Assembly: GCA_963796275.1 (NCBI GenBank)
Contig: CAWCKY010000004.1
Span: forward strand, 704,001 to 768,000
Length of the DNA stretch: 64,000 nucleotides
Direction: 5' to 3'
Source: an uncultured Acidobacteriota bacterium
GTDB taxonomy: Bacteria > Acidobacteriota > Blastocatellia > RBC074
Part shown: in pieces, positions 33,475-48,200 of the stretch
Layout of the letters: every line of letters starts with the position of its first letter
Numbering within the stretch: the first letter of the stretch is position 1
Position numbers and translations under genes: made by a program
Notes under the pieces: model-generated
What the model saw: only the letters and a program-made list of their open reading frames with translations
The model's database searches: none
Told to the model about the DNA's origin: nothing

Positions 33475-34053
33475 CGAGACATCGCCGATCCGGACACGCG
33501 CGTCAACTGCGTAGCTATTCCCTTCCGGCAACCGAAGAGTGATCTCGCCGATGCTCGCGGTCGCCTGGATGTCGCCGGAGACGTTGGTGACACTCACTTC
33601 GCCGATGCCATGCTTGATAAACAGCGTGCTCTGGCGTGGTACCCTGATGATGTAGTTGAGGTTGAGATTGGTCTTCCCGCGAAACATCCGCGCCGGCGTC
33701 CACGACGGATATTTTGTATATATAACCAGCATCGCGTTTTCTTCAACCAGCTCCATCGCGACTTTGACCCGCTCCAACTCCTTTCCCGCTTTAGCGAGGT
33801 CCTTTGGCTCGTACTTCTTCTGGGTCTTCTTCGTAACAGTCAGCTCGACTTCATCTTTGTCCCAACCCTCCACTTTGACCGAACCATAGGAATCTACAAT
33901 CTGAATCGTGCCCTTGGCGCCGAATTCAAGACTCTGTTTTGTAGTTGACTCCGCATCGCGCTTTTCGACGGTCTGGGCAGGAGATGATGGACAGAGCGCC
34001 AGCCAACAAAGGAAAAGAAAAATCTGGGAGATCATTTGGCGGTTGATTCGCAT
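33250..34053 (-). CDS. Secreted DUF4097-like beta-strand repeat protein (native 3' end apparently lost)
   Basis: Signal peptide from ATG 34053; GSVKVEGWDK.EV, GIGEV.V..V.GDI and VGIGDIQV motifs; the tail reads through antisense of the neighbouring gene. Confidence 0.75.
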   Translation of the reverse strand: MRINRQMISQIFLFLCWLALCPSSPAQTVEKRDAESTTKQSLEFGAKGTIQIVDSYGSVKVEGWDKDEVELTVTKKTQKKYEPKDLAKAGKELERVKVAMELVEENAMLVIYTKYPSWTPARMFRGKTNLNLNYIIRVPRQSTLFIKHGIGEVSVTNVSGDIQATASIGEITLRLPEGNSYAVDARVRIGDVSSAFGPDTQRQGPFSVGAKLEGEPASHTRRVYLRVGIGDIQVVKLAGIVSIPPAQYRSVFTWSHSGNAKIALNVG

Positions 34054-34100
34054 AACTGATTGCTCCATTGCATATGGAAAGCTGTAATAAAGTTCTTTCA

Positions 34101-34185
34101 GCCCGGTAACTACTTCGTAAACATGAAGTTTTTTATGGATTTCCGGGCCCCCTAAAAAACATGGTTTACGAAGTGTTTACCGGGC
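34101..34185. repeat. ~30-bp-arm imperfect inverted repeat
   Basis: gcccggtaactacttcgtaaacatg ... catggtttacgaagtgtttaccgggc. Confidence 0.6.
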
Positions 34186-34256
34186 TATCCGAATTGCAAC
34201 GTGTTCCGGTCTTGCCTGCTACAATTACGCAACAATGGAATGCGAAAGGTGCAAAT

Positions 34257-36713
<2,457 letters not shown>

Positions 36714-36915
36714 AGGTACTCCTTGATAACAGCTTCTTGGGAAGAAGATTCATCACATATCCCGGAAATGTCGCTCACCTGCGCGCCCTAACAGGCCACT
36801 CCCGAAGACGGGTTGATCGGACAATTCAAAAGGATGAAAGTAGATGCCATTTCAGGGTTTGTTTCTGGTAATAATTTGATCTACTTCTCCGTGTTCCACG
36901 CGTTTCTTATTTTCC

Positions 36916-38289
36916 CTATTTCGCCGCCAGATCCAGCGCCATCAGGACGCGGCGATCCCGTATGTAGAGCGTCGAGCCTGAGAGAGTCGGGGGCGTCCAG
37001 GCCGTGCGTTGGAGCAGAGACTCCCTGGCCATCACCTTAAATCCTCCCGGCCCCAGTTCGACCAATGCCAGCGCTCCATCCTCGTCCAGCAGTATCGACT
37101 TTACGCCCACTCCCAGCAGATGCGCTTTCGCAAAGCCGCGTTCCTGCCAGACCACCTGACCGCTCCGCATATTCACGCACGTCATAAACGCAGGACCGTT
37201 ATAACCGCTCGATAGGTACAGATAATTGCCATTCCGGATCACCGTGCCGAAATGTGATTGCAGCTTCTGGTTGTACCACAGCTCCTTCACCGTCGTTTTT
37301 CCACCCGACTGATGCAACTCGAGCACGCGACTTCCGTGGTTGTATGCGGAGGAGATGAATAAGAGATTCCACGGCGCCCAGACCGGCGTGCTGACCGCTA
37401 TCCCGTGCTGCGTCGGGTGGGGATGCCGCCAAAGCAACTGGCCGTTATCCGGGCTGAAGCCGATCGCCTCGGAAGCCATCAGCGCGACTACCTGCGGCTG
37501 CCCGTCCACATCGATCAAGATAGGCGACGAATAGGCATTTCCTGAATCCATACTCTTCCAGAGGACCGAGCCATCGCTCTGTCGCAGGGCGAACGCCGCA
37601 CTGTTACGCCCGCCCGCCAGAAAAATCAGGGTATCCTTGTAAGGCAACGCATGGCAGGAATATCCGAAGACCAGATGCGTTCCACCGAACTCTTTATAAA
37701 TGTTTTTTGACCAGACGGGCCGCCCAGTATTTTTATCGAGAGAATGTATCTGTCCAATGCCGCTGGCCGTCACCAGCCTGTCCCCGATGACCTGCGGCAT
37801 CGCATACGGGCCAGGCCCAACCCCTTCGGAGTAAGCGTTCGTAAACGGAGCTTCGTATGCATACTCCCACACGGTCTTGCCCGTCCGCGCATCGAGCGCC
37901 GTGACGACATCCTTCGATCCTCGCCGGAAAGCGGTATAGAGCGTCGCTCCTTCGACGGCTACTCCCGAATAGCCGTCACCGAGATCGCGGCTCCAGAGCT
38001 TGCGCGGCCCCCCGGCCGGCCAGGAAGAAGGAAGCTCCGTAGCAGGCACGATGAAATCGCGCCCACGCCCGCCCCACAGAAGCCAATCGCCCGCCGGAGA
38101 GATTCTGGCGCCCGTTTCTGTTTTTTGCCGCGATTGGTCGGATACACGCGGTTTCTGACACAGAGCTTCAATCGGCCGGGCTAAGGTAAACAGCCCGACA
38201 CCTATAATCGCTAATAGTAATTGCGTTCCGGTTAGACTTGCGGCTCGAACGCCACGCTGGCATTGTTGTTTGTACAGCTCGTTGGTCAT
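36916..38289 (-). CDS. PQQ-binding-like beta-propeller (BamB-like) protein
   Basis: W..WGG..R, LWSR.LG.GYS, ALDA.TGK.VW, YSSP and WTPP..SG..LYIRD; likely start 38289. Confidence 0.88.
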   Translation of the reverse strand: MTNELYKQQCQRGVRAASLTGTQLLLAIIGVGLFTLARPIEALCQKPRVSDQSRQKTETGARISPAGDWLLWGGRGRDFIVPATELPSSWPAGGPRKLWSRDLGDGYSGVAVEGATLYTAFRRGSKDVVTALDARTGKTVWEYAYEAPFTNAYSEGVGPGPYAMPQVIGDRLVTASGIGQIHSLDKNTGRPVWSKNIYKEFGGTHLVFGYSCHALPYKDTLIFLAGGRNSAAFALRQSDGSVLWKSMDSGNAYSSPILIDVDGQPQVVALMASEAIGFSPDNGQLLWRHPHPTQHGIAVSTPVWAPWNLLFISSAYNHGSRVLELHQSGGKTTVKELWYNQKLQSHFGTVIRNGNYLYLSSGYNGPAFMTCVNMRSGQVVWQERGFAKAHLLGVGVKSILLDEDGALALVELGPGGFKVMARESLLQRTAWTPPTLSGSTLYIRDRRVLMALDLAAK

Positions 38290-38380
38290 ATGTGAGTCCT
38301 TTTCTATCGATGTTTCTCGATCATTGCCGCGAACGGTAGTAAGCGTAATTTCCACAAATGTCTCTTGTCCCCCGTCACAA

Positions 38381-40878
38381 TTATTCGGATCGCAGAGAGA
38401 TCATCGGATCAACTTGCGCGGCGCGCCTCGCCGGCAGATAACAGGCTGCGAGCGCCACGATCGCCAGCGACAATGCGACGCCAACGAACGTGGCTGGATC
38501 GGTAGAGCTCACGCCATAGAGCAAGCCCGACATCAAACGAGTCAGGGCGAACGCCCCGATCCAGCCTGTGCCGACGCCGGCGATGACGAGAACCATTCCC
38601 TGTCCCATTACGAGCCTGAGCACATTGCCAGCCCGAGCTCCCAGCGCGATGCGAATCCCGATCTCGTGCCTCCGTTGCACAACGGAATAGGAGACCACGC
38701 CATAGATCCCGACCACTGCCAGAACGGCCGCCAGGATCGATAGCAGGTTCAGCAGGAGCGCGTTGAAGCGCGGCCGCGCGAGAGCATCCGAGACGCGCTG
38801 CTCCATCGTCATCACACTCATGATCCCCTGGGCGGAATCCAGCGCGGCCACTTCGCGACGCGCCATCGCAATAAACGGCGTGGGATCGGAGTCGGTTCGA
38901 ACCGTCACATAAGCGAGCGGATAAGAGGATTGCCGGTATGGCAGATAGACATTCCAGCGAACCTCTTTCAGATCGCGCAAGCGCGCATCTCCCGCGACTC
39001 CGACGATCGTGCACCATCCCTGACCGCCGATATTGATGCGCTTGCCTATCGCATCGACTCCCGGAGCGAAGATGCTGCGCGCCATCGTCTCGCTGATGAT
39101 GACCGCCTGTGGCGCGTGCCCGTCATCATGCTCGGTGAACTCGCGCCCGGCAGTCAGCGGAACGCCGATCGATCGCATGTAGTGCGGCGTGATGTATTCG
39201 CAGTTCAGCACCGCATTGCGCGTCACCTCATCCGGCGGTTGCCCCTCGGCCAGAAATCGCGCATTCACCCCGATCGGCCCCTCCAGCGGGCGAATAAGGG
39301 CGGCGCCGGCCGCAACCACTCCAGGCTGCTCCTCGAGGCGTTCGAGCAGTTGCTGAAAGAAATCTCTGGACTTCTCGACGCCCGGGTATCTATCGCCATG
39401 CAATTGAAGTTGGAATGTCAGTACGTTGCGCGGATCGAATCCGAGATCGACCTGCTGTAGATTCAAGAAGCTGCGAGAAGCGAGCCCGGCGCCGATGAGC
39501 AGCATCAACGTTACGGCGATCTGAGCGACTACCAGAGCGCTGCGCAGGCGATTACCCCGCAGCTCTCCCCCGACCCTGCCGCCGCCGGCGTTGAGGGCAT
39601 CGCTGAGATTGACCTTCGAGGCGATGAGCGCCGGGGCAAGCCCGCAAACAAACGCCGACAGCAACGCGATGCCACAGGTGAAGAGCAGCGCCGGAAGATC
39701 GATCTCAACCGCCTCGATGCGCGGGATGTCTGCCGGGATAAAGCCGGAGAATAGATCTACCAGCCAGAAAGCCAGCAGAATTCCCAATCCGCCCCCGGCG
39801 ACCGCCAACACAATGCTCTCGCTCATCAACTGGCGTATGAGCAGACGGCGACCGGCTCCCAACGCAGCCCGCAACGCCAACTCGCGTCGCCGCGAGGTTG
39901 CACTGGCCAGCATCAGATTGGCGATATTGGCGCAGGCGATCAAAAGCAGCAGCGCCGTGGCAGACAGCAACAGATAGAGCGCAGGACGCGCGTCACCGAA
40001 GATATGGGTAGCCAGCGGCTTGATGACAGACCGCTCATCGCTCGCCTTCATCTCGGGATATTGGGCGGCAACCCGCTTGATGATCGTGTCGAGTTCGGCT
40101 TGCGCCTGCTCCAGCGTCACCGACGGTTTCAATCGCCCGATAACCTGGAGAAACCCTATGCGACTCTCGACCAGCGCTTTTCCGCTGGTGGCCGAGAGCG
40201 GAACCCATAGATCGATCCCTCTGGGAAATTCGAATTCCGGAGGCATCACACCGACGACAGTGAAGCCGATATCGCTGAGCGTGAGCGCCTGACCGGCCGG
40301 ATTGCGCCTCGCTGCCGCTTCCAATGACGCCTGAGTTCCACCATCGTTGAGCGTGATCATTTGCCCGATCAAATCGGGATCGGAATTGAATCGACTCCGC
40401 CACAGGCGATGGCTGATGACTGTCACACTCGCTGCGCCCGGACGATCTTCGCCTGCCGTGAAGGCGCGTCCCAAGATCGGTTTGACGCCAAGCGCGGGAA
40501 AAAATCAGACGAGACCCGGGCGCTCTGGATTTGCATGGGTTCACCTCGCCTTGTCAACGTATAGCCAAAGCCATAAACCGACGTAGTCATTGCCGCGAGA
40601 TGTTCAAAAACCTGACTTTGGCTTCGCCATTCGTTAGATTCCGGAATAGATAGTTCGACGAACGAATGGTTGGTGGTTGCCTCACTCTTCCACGCGACGA
40701 CCAATTGCTCCTGTTCGCTGAACGGCAACGGGCGCAAAAGTACCGCCTGCACCACGCTGAAGATCGCCGTGTTCGCTCCGATGCCGAGCGCCAGAGTGAG
40801 GACCGCGATCAGAGTGAATCCCGGTCTCTTCAATAAAACACGAACACCATAACGCAGATCGTGAAGGAAACTTCCCAT
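38381..40878 (-). pseudogene. ADOP-family ABC permease split by a -1 frameshift at ~40495-40504
   Basis: 5' ORF ([11 protein letters not shown]...) and 3' ORF (GRAF...VDPMISLRSE) join as [14 protein letters not shown] if one base is restored next to the T6/C3 run. Confidence 0.88.
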
Positions 40879-40950
40879 CAACCGCCTCCTCGGGAAAAGC
40901 ATGGAGTTTCGCCTGATATCTTTGAAAAATTAATTACATCCCGCCTTCCC

Positions 40951-41144
40951 GCCGCGTAGCGGTAGGCTGAACTTAAGTCGGCGTTTCAATGCCATGCCAT
41001 TACTCATCCCAGATATTTGCAGCACCCGAGTTCCATAGCCCGGAAAATATAACGGGCATTGAGTAGAATCGACCGTCGTGATGGTCACGGCATATAAAAT
41101 CAGCCCGCGAATGCGGGCGACAGAATAAAGCCCACTACGTGGGC
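40951..41144. repeat. REP-like palindromes, family B (AGCCCRCGNANYGGGCGAYAG) and related
   Basis: agcccgcgaatgcgggcgacag and agcccactacgtgggct; same family as 50771-50872. Confidence 0.6.
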
Positions 41145-41513
41145 TGACTTCGTGCATAACTTTTGGTTATGACAAGGTTTTCAACGCCAAGTGGAACCCC
41201 ATGCGCTCATCATCGCTTCAGGGCACCCGACAACAGAAACGGCGCCTCCAGAAACTGTAAAATGTTTTATATAAACCAAGTCGCGTGCCAACAATTCTCG
41301 CCGTTTAATTGTTGTTCCGGCTGGATTTGAACAAACGCTGCAGAGACAAAGCGGCTGTAAATTGTTCATTTGTGGGAATGTTTTTTCCCATTAACGACCA
41401 CTGACCTTTCGGCCACATTGGAGTATCGGGCAGATGAAGGGGACCAACTTGAGCTACTTATGAAAGTATCTTGGTGCGGCCGATCAAAGCAACCAGCTGA
41501 ACACCACGTGCTA

Positions 41514-41567
41514 TTGACATTCTATATGAGCAGGCCGTAGGCTCTCCTACAGAAAATCTGTAGGAGA
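41514..41567 (+). promoter_or_regulatory. Promoter TTGACA-N18-TAGGCT with overlapping perfect palindrome TCTCCTACAGA-AAA-TCTGTAGGAGA (candidate PadR-type operator)
   Basis: -35 at 41514-41519; -10 at 41538-41543; 11-bp arms at 41543-41553 and 41557-41567. Confidence 0.7.
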
Positions 41568-41607
41568 TGAAGATCGAGAGCGTGTTAGCAACAACCGAAA
41601 GGAAAAT

Positions 41608-44256
41608 ATGCCACTGACACGTCGCCTGACCAGCCTTTGGCGCAACCTGTTCCAGAAAGATCGACTTGATCGAGAGCTGGCGGAAGAGATTCGCGTTCAC
41701 CTGGAGATGCTCATCGATTTGAAGATCGAGGAGGGGCTCGATCCGGCGGCGGCTCGTCGCGCGGCCTTGATCGAGTTAGGCGGTGAAGATCAGGTAAAAG
41801 AACGCGTGCGGGAGGCAAGGATGGGGCAGCAATTGGAGGCATTGTTGCTCGATTTGCGCTTTGGCGCACGAATGTTACGCAAAACACCCGGATTCACGAT
41901 AATGGCTATCCTCATGTTAGCGCTGGGCATCGGTGCGAACACAGCGATCTTCAGCGTCGTGAACGCGGTCCTGCTGAGGTCGCTCCCCTATCGGGATACT
42001 GAACGTCTCGTGCTGGTCAGTTATACCTGGATGAATCTGGCAATCCACACCGCTTCGGTGGAGGAGTTTCTGGAATGGCGCGATCGGGAGAACGTGTTTG
42101 AACAGATCGCCGCGTATAAGCCCGATTTCATCGATCTGTCAGGAATCGGCGAACCGGAGCGGTTGGCTGCGGCACTGGTCTCCGCCCATCTCTTTGCGAC
42201 GCTCGGCGTCACGCCAGCGCTAGGTCGCGACTTCATCTCAGCAGAGGGCGAGGACGGCGGCCCGCCGGTTGTGATTCTGAGCGATGCATTGTGGCGGCGC
42301 CGCTTCGGCAGCGATCCGCAAATGATTGGCCGGGCGATCACGCTCGGAGGTCAAAGCCGGACAGTCATCGGAATCATGCCGCCTGGGTTTCGGCACCCGG
42401 AAGATACCGAGCTATGGATACCGCTCGCGATCAATCACCAACAATCCGCTGAGATATATGCGATCGGGCGCCTCAAGCGAGGGGTGACGCAGGAAGCAGC
42501 CAGGGCGGATTTGTCGGTCATTCTCGAGCGGCGGCGGCCGGTCTCTCCCCGCCGCTATGCGGACTCGCAGGTCAGGATAATCGGGCTGAACGAGAGCCTC
42601 GTCGCCAATGTACGTTTGTCCTTGCTGGTGCTTTTCGGAGCGGTCGCATTTGTTCTTCTCATCGCGTGTGCCAATGTCGCGAACCTGCTCCTGGCGCGTG
42701 CGGCAGTCAGACAAAAGGAGGTGGCGATCCGTGCGGCATTGGGAGCCGGGCGACTGCGCCTCGTGCGACAGCTACTGACCGAGAGTTTGATGCTCTCGCT
42801 TGCCGGTGGCACTGCCGGGCTGTTGTTGGCCCACTGGGTCGTCAAACTGCTCGTGTCGATGAGTCCAGCCGGAATCGTGCGCATCGAGGAGAGCGGCGTG
42901 GATGGCCGGGTGCTCGGTTTCACCTGTGTAGTGGTAGTTTTGACGGGCATTATCGTAGGCATCTTTCCCGCGCTGCAAACTTCGAAGACGGACATCAATG
43001 AAACGCTCAAGGCGCAGCCCGCGGCAGGAAGCCCACGATCCATGCGGGGCGTGGGCCGGGCGCTTCCGGCATTGATGATCGCCGAACTCGGGCTTGCACT
43101 GGTTTTACTCGTCGGCGCCGGGCTGATGATCAAGAGCTTCCTGCTTTTGATGACTGTTCCCAAAGGGTTTAATCCCGATGGCGTCCTGACGCTCAAGGTC
43201 GCGCCCAGCTTTGTCAAATACCCGAACGGATCGCCCCAACGCGGCGCGTATTACCAGGAAGTACTCGATCGCGTTCGATCCCTGCCCGGAATTCAGTCGG
43301 CGGGGCTGACCACCAACGTTCTCCCGTTCAGCGGAATACGCCGCATCGGATATTTTCAGATCGAAGGGCGAGCCACATTTAAACCGAGTAAGGAACACCT
43401 GGTCGCTCTCAGTTTCATCAGCCCCGATTACTTTCAAACGATGGGCATCCGGATTATTGCGGGGCGGCCATTCGATACACGAGATGGCTCAGCAGCGCCT
43501 AAGGTCGCAATCATCAGTCAAGAGATGGCGGAGCGCTACTTTCCCGGAGAGAGCCCGATCGGTCATCGGTTAGTCGGTGAACCGTTCTTGACGATTGTTG
43601 GAGTGGCGGAGGACGCGCGTCTTTATGGTTTGGAAAAAGAGATTTCTCCTGAATTTTATATTCCATACACACAAATTCTGAATGTGTGGGGAAACCTTCA
43701 TCTGGTTGTGCGAGCCGCCTCCAGTCTAAATAATCAAACCAATTCATCTGCCCTGGCAAATCGGGCGACCTCCATTCGCGATCAGGTGCGCGGTATCGAC
43801 CCGGGTGAGCCGGTCAGCCAGATCGTTACGATGGACGAACTCCTGTCGAATTCGGTCGCCGGGTGGCGCTTTCAGATGCTTCTGCTCGGAGTTTTTGCAG
43901 CGTTGGCCATGGTCATCGCGACGGTAGGCATTTACGGCGTCATATCGTATGCCGTCAATCAAGGAATGCGTGAGATCGGCATTCGGATGGCGTTGGGCGC
44001 GCAAGCGAGCGATATCGTGCGGATGGTGATCCGGCGGGCAATGGGTATCGCGTCGATCGGGGTGGCGCTGGGGTTGGTGGCGGCGCTCGCCCTGACGCGC
44101 GTGCTGAAGAATTTACTTTTCGGTGTCAGCCCGACCGATCCAGCGACCTTCGCGCTCATCGCATCATTACTGATCGGCGTCGCCCTGATTGCGAGCTATC
44201 TGCCCGCGCAGCGTGCGACCAAGGCGGATCCAACAACTGTATTGAAAAGCGAATGA
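41608..44256 (+). CDS. ADOP-family ABC permease with N-terminal permease-prefix domain
   Basis: [14 protein letters not shown]......GL....ARRAA..ELGG..QVKE prefix plus the usual ADOP motifs. Confidence 0.95.
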   Translation: MPLTRRLTSLWRNLFQKDRLDRELAEEIRVHLEMLIDLKIEEGLDPAAARRAALIELGGEDQVKERVREARMGQQLEALLLDLRFGARMLRKTPGFTIMAILMLALGIGANTAIFSVVNAVLLRSLPYRDTERLVLVSYTWMNLAIHTASVEEFLEWRDRENVFEQIAAYKPDFIDLSGIGEPERLAAALVSAHLFATLGVTPALGRDFISAEGEDGGPPVVILSDALWRRRFGSDPQMIGRAITLGGQSRTVIGIMPPGFRHPEDTELWIPLAINHQQSAEIYAIGRLKRGVTQEAARADLSVILERRRPVSPRRYADSQVRIIGLNESLVANVRLSLLVLFGAVAFVLLIACANVANLLLARAAVRQKEVAIRAALGAGRLRLVRQLLTESLMLSLAGGTAGLLLAHWVVKLLVSMSPAGIVRIEESGVDGRVLGFTCVVVVLTGIIVGIFPALQTSKTDINETLKAQPAAGSPRSMRGVGRALPALMIAELGLALVLLVGAGLMIKSFLLLMTVPKGFNPDGVLTLKVAPSFVKYPNGSPQRGAYYQEVLDRVRSLPGIQSAGLTTNVLPFSGIRRIGYFQIEGRATFKPSKEHLVALSFISPDYFQTMGIRIIAGRPFDTRDGSAAPKVAIISQEMAERYFPGESPIGHRLVGEPFLTIVGVAEDARLYGLEKEISPEFYIPYTQILNVWGNLHLVVRAASSLNNQTNSSALANRATSIRDQVRGIDPGEPVSQIVTMDELLSNSVAGWRFQMLLLGVFAALAMVIATVGIYGVISYAVNQGMREIGIRMALGAQASDIVRMVIRRAMGIASIGVALGLVAALALTRVLKNLLFGVSPTDPATFALIASLLIGVALIASYLPAQRATKADPTTVLKSE

Positions 44257-44323
44257 TTATTCGGTGTGATTCACCGATGATTCATCTGTATGCGCCTCGA
44301 TAATTAGGTACTATTTTCGTCGG

Positions 44324-45103
44324 CTATTCCACAGACAATTTATCTGAAAATCCCAGTTTGCGCCCTATATCGCGACCCTTCACCGGGACCAGTTGCCTAT
44401 GTTCCAGATGCAATTGGGTAAATGCCAGCAACATCAGATAGACGGCGCTGAAGAGAAGCGTGAACAGTCCGGAGAAGGCAATAGTTTGTAAATGCTCCAT
44501 CGGATGAAACAGACCTGCCAGCAACCCGTAAAACAAACTTTTCGGATTGGCCAACACGTCCCAGCTATTCAAGCGCAGAAAGCGTCCGACGTATAAGCCG
44601 AAACCATTCAGCGCCAGCACTCCTACCACGAATAACCAGCTGGCCGCATCTCCCACCGCCCTACGTACCAATAACTGCATCAGAAACAGAGATACCAGGC
44701 CGAGAAAACATCCGGTCCAGGCGAAGGTTACCAGCGTGATGAGATCGTACCAGAGCGGCACGCCGGGGTACGGCCTTAGATGAATAATGTCTGTGACGAG
44801 ATAGGGCGCGTTGGGTAGAAATAGCAGCCAGAGCACCGAAAGACCGATGATCGGCGGCCATCGAAGGCGCGTCGGCCACCGGTTCAGATTGTACGCGGTA
44901 AAAGCGCCCAACGCCGGCAGCCACGCGAGAAAGAGATTCCAAACCAACCAGTTCTGCGCCGAGTTGCGGTAATGCCATGCACGCAGGACGAGCAACCCGA
45001 GGCAAAGCGCAGTCGCGAATCCGAGCGAGGCGAGCACTGTCAGTTGTCTTTGGTAGCTTTGATAATCGGCGAACGAAGAAGCAAGTTTGAAACGTGTGAT
45101 CAT
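44324..45103 (-). CDS. DUF1361 family membrane protein
   Basis: WNLFLAWLP, WLLFLPNAPY.VTD..HL and G.YVGRFLR.NSWD motifs. Confidence 0.88.
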   Translation of the reverse strand: MITRFKLASSFADYQSYQRQLTVLASLGFATALCLGLLVLRAWHYRNSAQNWLVWNLFLAWLPALGAFTAYNLNRWPTRLRWPPIIGLSVLWLLFLPNAPYLVTDIIHLRPYPGVPLWYDLITLVTFAWTGCFLGLVSLFLMQLLVRRAVGDAASWLFVVGVLALNGFGLYVGRFLRLNSWDVLANPKSLFYGLLAGLFHPMEHLQTIAFSGLFTLLFSAVYLMLLAFTQLHLEHRQLVPVKGRDIGRKLGFSDKLSVE

Positions 45104-45255
45104 ATAGAGCTATTCTGTCATCACCGTTTCATTTGTGCCAGCACCATTTTCCGGTATCTTCGCTGCCATACTCATCATGCACGCCCTGGGCACGGCCATG
45201 GGCATGCCCTGGACAAAGAACATAAAACCGACAGACACAATACGGCAAACGCCTA

Positions 45256-48200
45256 TTAATTAACGTATGGAATGGTAATCAATGATTGTTGTCCGTTGGT
45301 CATGCTCGCACTGGTCCGCAACTGGATTGCCTGCGTGCCCAGGACCGCCCAAACCTCGATTCGCACTCTCCCGTTGGTCAGATTGGCAAAGCTGCCGCTG
45401 GCGGACAGCAGCCCGTTCGCATGCGTATATGCCTCCCAACCGCTTATGTCATTGGTAGCGAAATATCGATACGTCTCGACCCGGTCGAATGTCCCATCTC
45501 CGGTGAAATCGTAGCTGACGCGTACCTGGACGGCATCTCCCACGTGGGCGCCGGGATCTACATAGAGCGTGAACTGGGTACTCCGAGTGGGATCGAAAGC
45601 GGCAGTGAGACCGCTGACCGTGTAAACCAGCGAGTTTGCGGGCATTCCGTCGTGATTGGCTCCACCCGCGCCGGGAATAGTATCGGTCAGGGCGCCAGCG
45701 CCAGGTGTCGCGGAGAGCTGACCGGATGTGCCCACCGCCGCACCGTCGAGGACGTAGAGTGAGTTTGAGAAAGCTGTCCCTCCCCCGCTCACCTGCACGT
45801 TATCGAAAGATGAGGCATTCAGGCACCCGGCGGCATGGCTCGTCACCGCCAGACCGATGAAGACCTGGGCAGCCATGCTGATCGTGGTCGTTCCCACCTG
45901 CGTCCATGTCGAGCCATTCGATGACCTGTGGGCCGTGATTGTGTTGCCGCTGCGATTGAGGCGAACCCAGGCTGGAACTCCTGATGCCCCGCCTGAAGTG
46001 TGGGTGCTCAATCCGTTGGTCGACGTTCGCTGCTGGAAGGCCAGCCCATTGCCGGGAGTTACAGACATAAGCGCGTGTTTGGAGCCGGATGCCAGCGACT
46101 CACGGATCATGACTCCAGCCTTCGCCCATGGATCCGTACTTTGCACAGATGTCACCCTGGCGACTATCTGACCGTTTCCGATCAAGGACTGGTAGACGAA
46201 CTGAAAGCCATCTGCCGTTCCCCAGATATCGGCCCCCGCCCCCCTGACGGTGAAGGTGCCGGAGGAGTGGCTCGCAGATCCGGCCGCCCCCGTTGAGCCC
46301 ACGTCAGCGTTCTGCCAGAGGCTGGGCAGTCCCCCGCCGCCGCCGCCGCTGGGGAGCGTAGTGGCTCCGGCCTGGTTCGATGGAGAAGATGAACCCGCTG
46401 TGTTGACCGCCGTCACTCGGTAGAAGTATGCCGTCGACGCGGCCAGCCCTGTGTTGGAGTAAGCGGTTCCTGTAATCCCGCTTGCAATCTGGTTGCTGGG
46501 CGATGGAGTGAACCCGCTGGCGGTGCCGCGGAAAACGTTATATGTCGCCCCCGACGTCGCCGATGCCGTCCAGGTCAGATTGATCGATGAACTGGAGACC
46601 GCGACGGCGCTCAGGTTGGCTGGCGGTGACGGAACCGATGGCTGAGATGCGCCATTATCCGACACCTGCGCTCCCGCCGGAACAGTGAGCGAGGCGCCAT
46701 CAGAAAAGTTCACCGTGACGCTGCTCCCGCTGGGATTGAATGCCACATGGGTCACAACACCGGAGCTCGGATTTCTAAAGACTGCGTAGAATGGCCAGTC
46801 GGCTGTCACCGCGGTGTGAACGCGTCCCAGAGCCGCTAAACTCTGAAGCCACGCATACTGGTGCGCCCGCGTTTCACCATCTTCCGTAAATGTGGTGTTG
46901 TTCCAACGATTGATCGCATCTGCCGGATCGAAGAAAGCTTCATACATTTGCATCAGGTCTGGCCAGTCCGGGAGTCCGCCTCCGCTCAAGTTCAACACTT
47001 CGTTGAAATTCCTTTGGCTGTACGCCGGATCGCGTCCCAGGTAGAGCGAGGCCCCGGTGAAGGGCAGGAACTGTATCCCGTGCGCGAATCCGGGCTGTGC
47101 GCCGAACCAGGTCGCCGTATCAGATTTCGCATCGAATAGGTTCGTGATCTGTGTCCGATTGAAACCCGCCGGGAATGTGTTCACCGAGCCGGCGTTAAAC
47201 CAGTAATAGAATGCCGCATTGGTCTCCTGCGTGTAGAGCCAGATCCCGGCGTCACGCAGCTGTGTGTTACCCGTGAGCGCACCGAACATTATCATGCCGG
47301 CCCACGCGTTGATCGCCTCTGAGGTCGATTCCTCATTGCCTCCATCTCCGAAGGGCGCCTGCCCCGATGCCCACGAATGGCCCGCGTAGACATCGAAATT
47401 GCGCAAGAAGGGAAACAGGCTGTCGCCCCGTTCGATACTGGCGATATCGCGAAGGAGCAGATCGACCATCCCGCCCCAATTGTTCGATGAAATCCAGTTG
47501 CGATCGTAAAGCCCCACCATTGCTGCCGCTTGAATCCAGTAGCCATAATGAAAATGGTGGTCGACCAGCGCGGTGTCGCTGCCGAAACTTGCCGGATATC
47601 CGATCAGGCTACCCCAATTATCATCGTAATAGAACAGCCTTGTACTCTTGCCGTTGGCATTGAACCAGCTCTGCAACTGTCCCTTGAGGCTGTCGAGCAA
47701 ACTGTTGAATGCATTCTGATCGCTCGCTTGAGCGATGGGAAGCAGTTGGGCGATTCGATTCAGCTGCTTGCCCAGGAAATAGGTATCCCCGGCTGTGAAA
47801 TGATTGCCTTCATTGACCACGCTGTTGAGCAAACCCTGCAGGGTGGCTGCGTTGTAGTTGGCTGTCCGCGGCAAATAGGGGAGGATGCCGTTGAAGGTGT
47901 CGACGGTCGTAAAGGAGGTGCTGCTCAAGACCCTCATCGGGCCACGAGGGCTGGCATAGGTGAAGGCGGTATTGATGGGTCCCTGCAGGGCTGCATATTG
48001 ATGGGGATACAACGCCATGAGAAAGCCCTGACTCACCCCGTCCATCGATTGCGTTGTGACGGTGTAGGTCGTGCTCACCCGGCTGTTGTTCTGATCGTAA
48101 TCCCAACTGACGGCCGTATCGATCGGGAACGAGAAGGCTCGGCTGGCGAAAGTGCTGAGCGCCGATTGATTGGGCAGAATGGCCAGAGAAAAATAGGTGG

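Noticed and set aside
41275-41292. sigma54-like TGGCACGCGACTTGGT on the minus strand
   Set aside because: The -12 element is GG rather than the near-invariant GC, and it lies ~400 bp from the next start.
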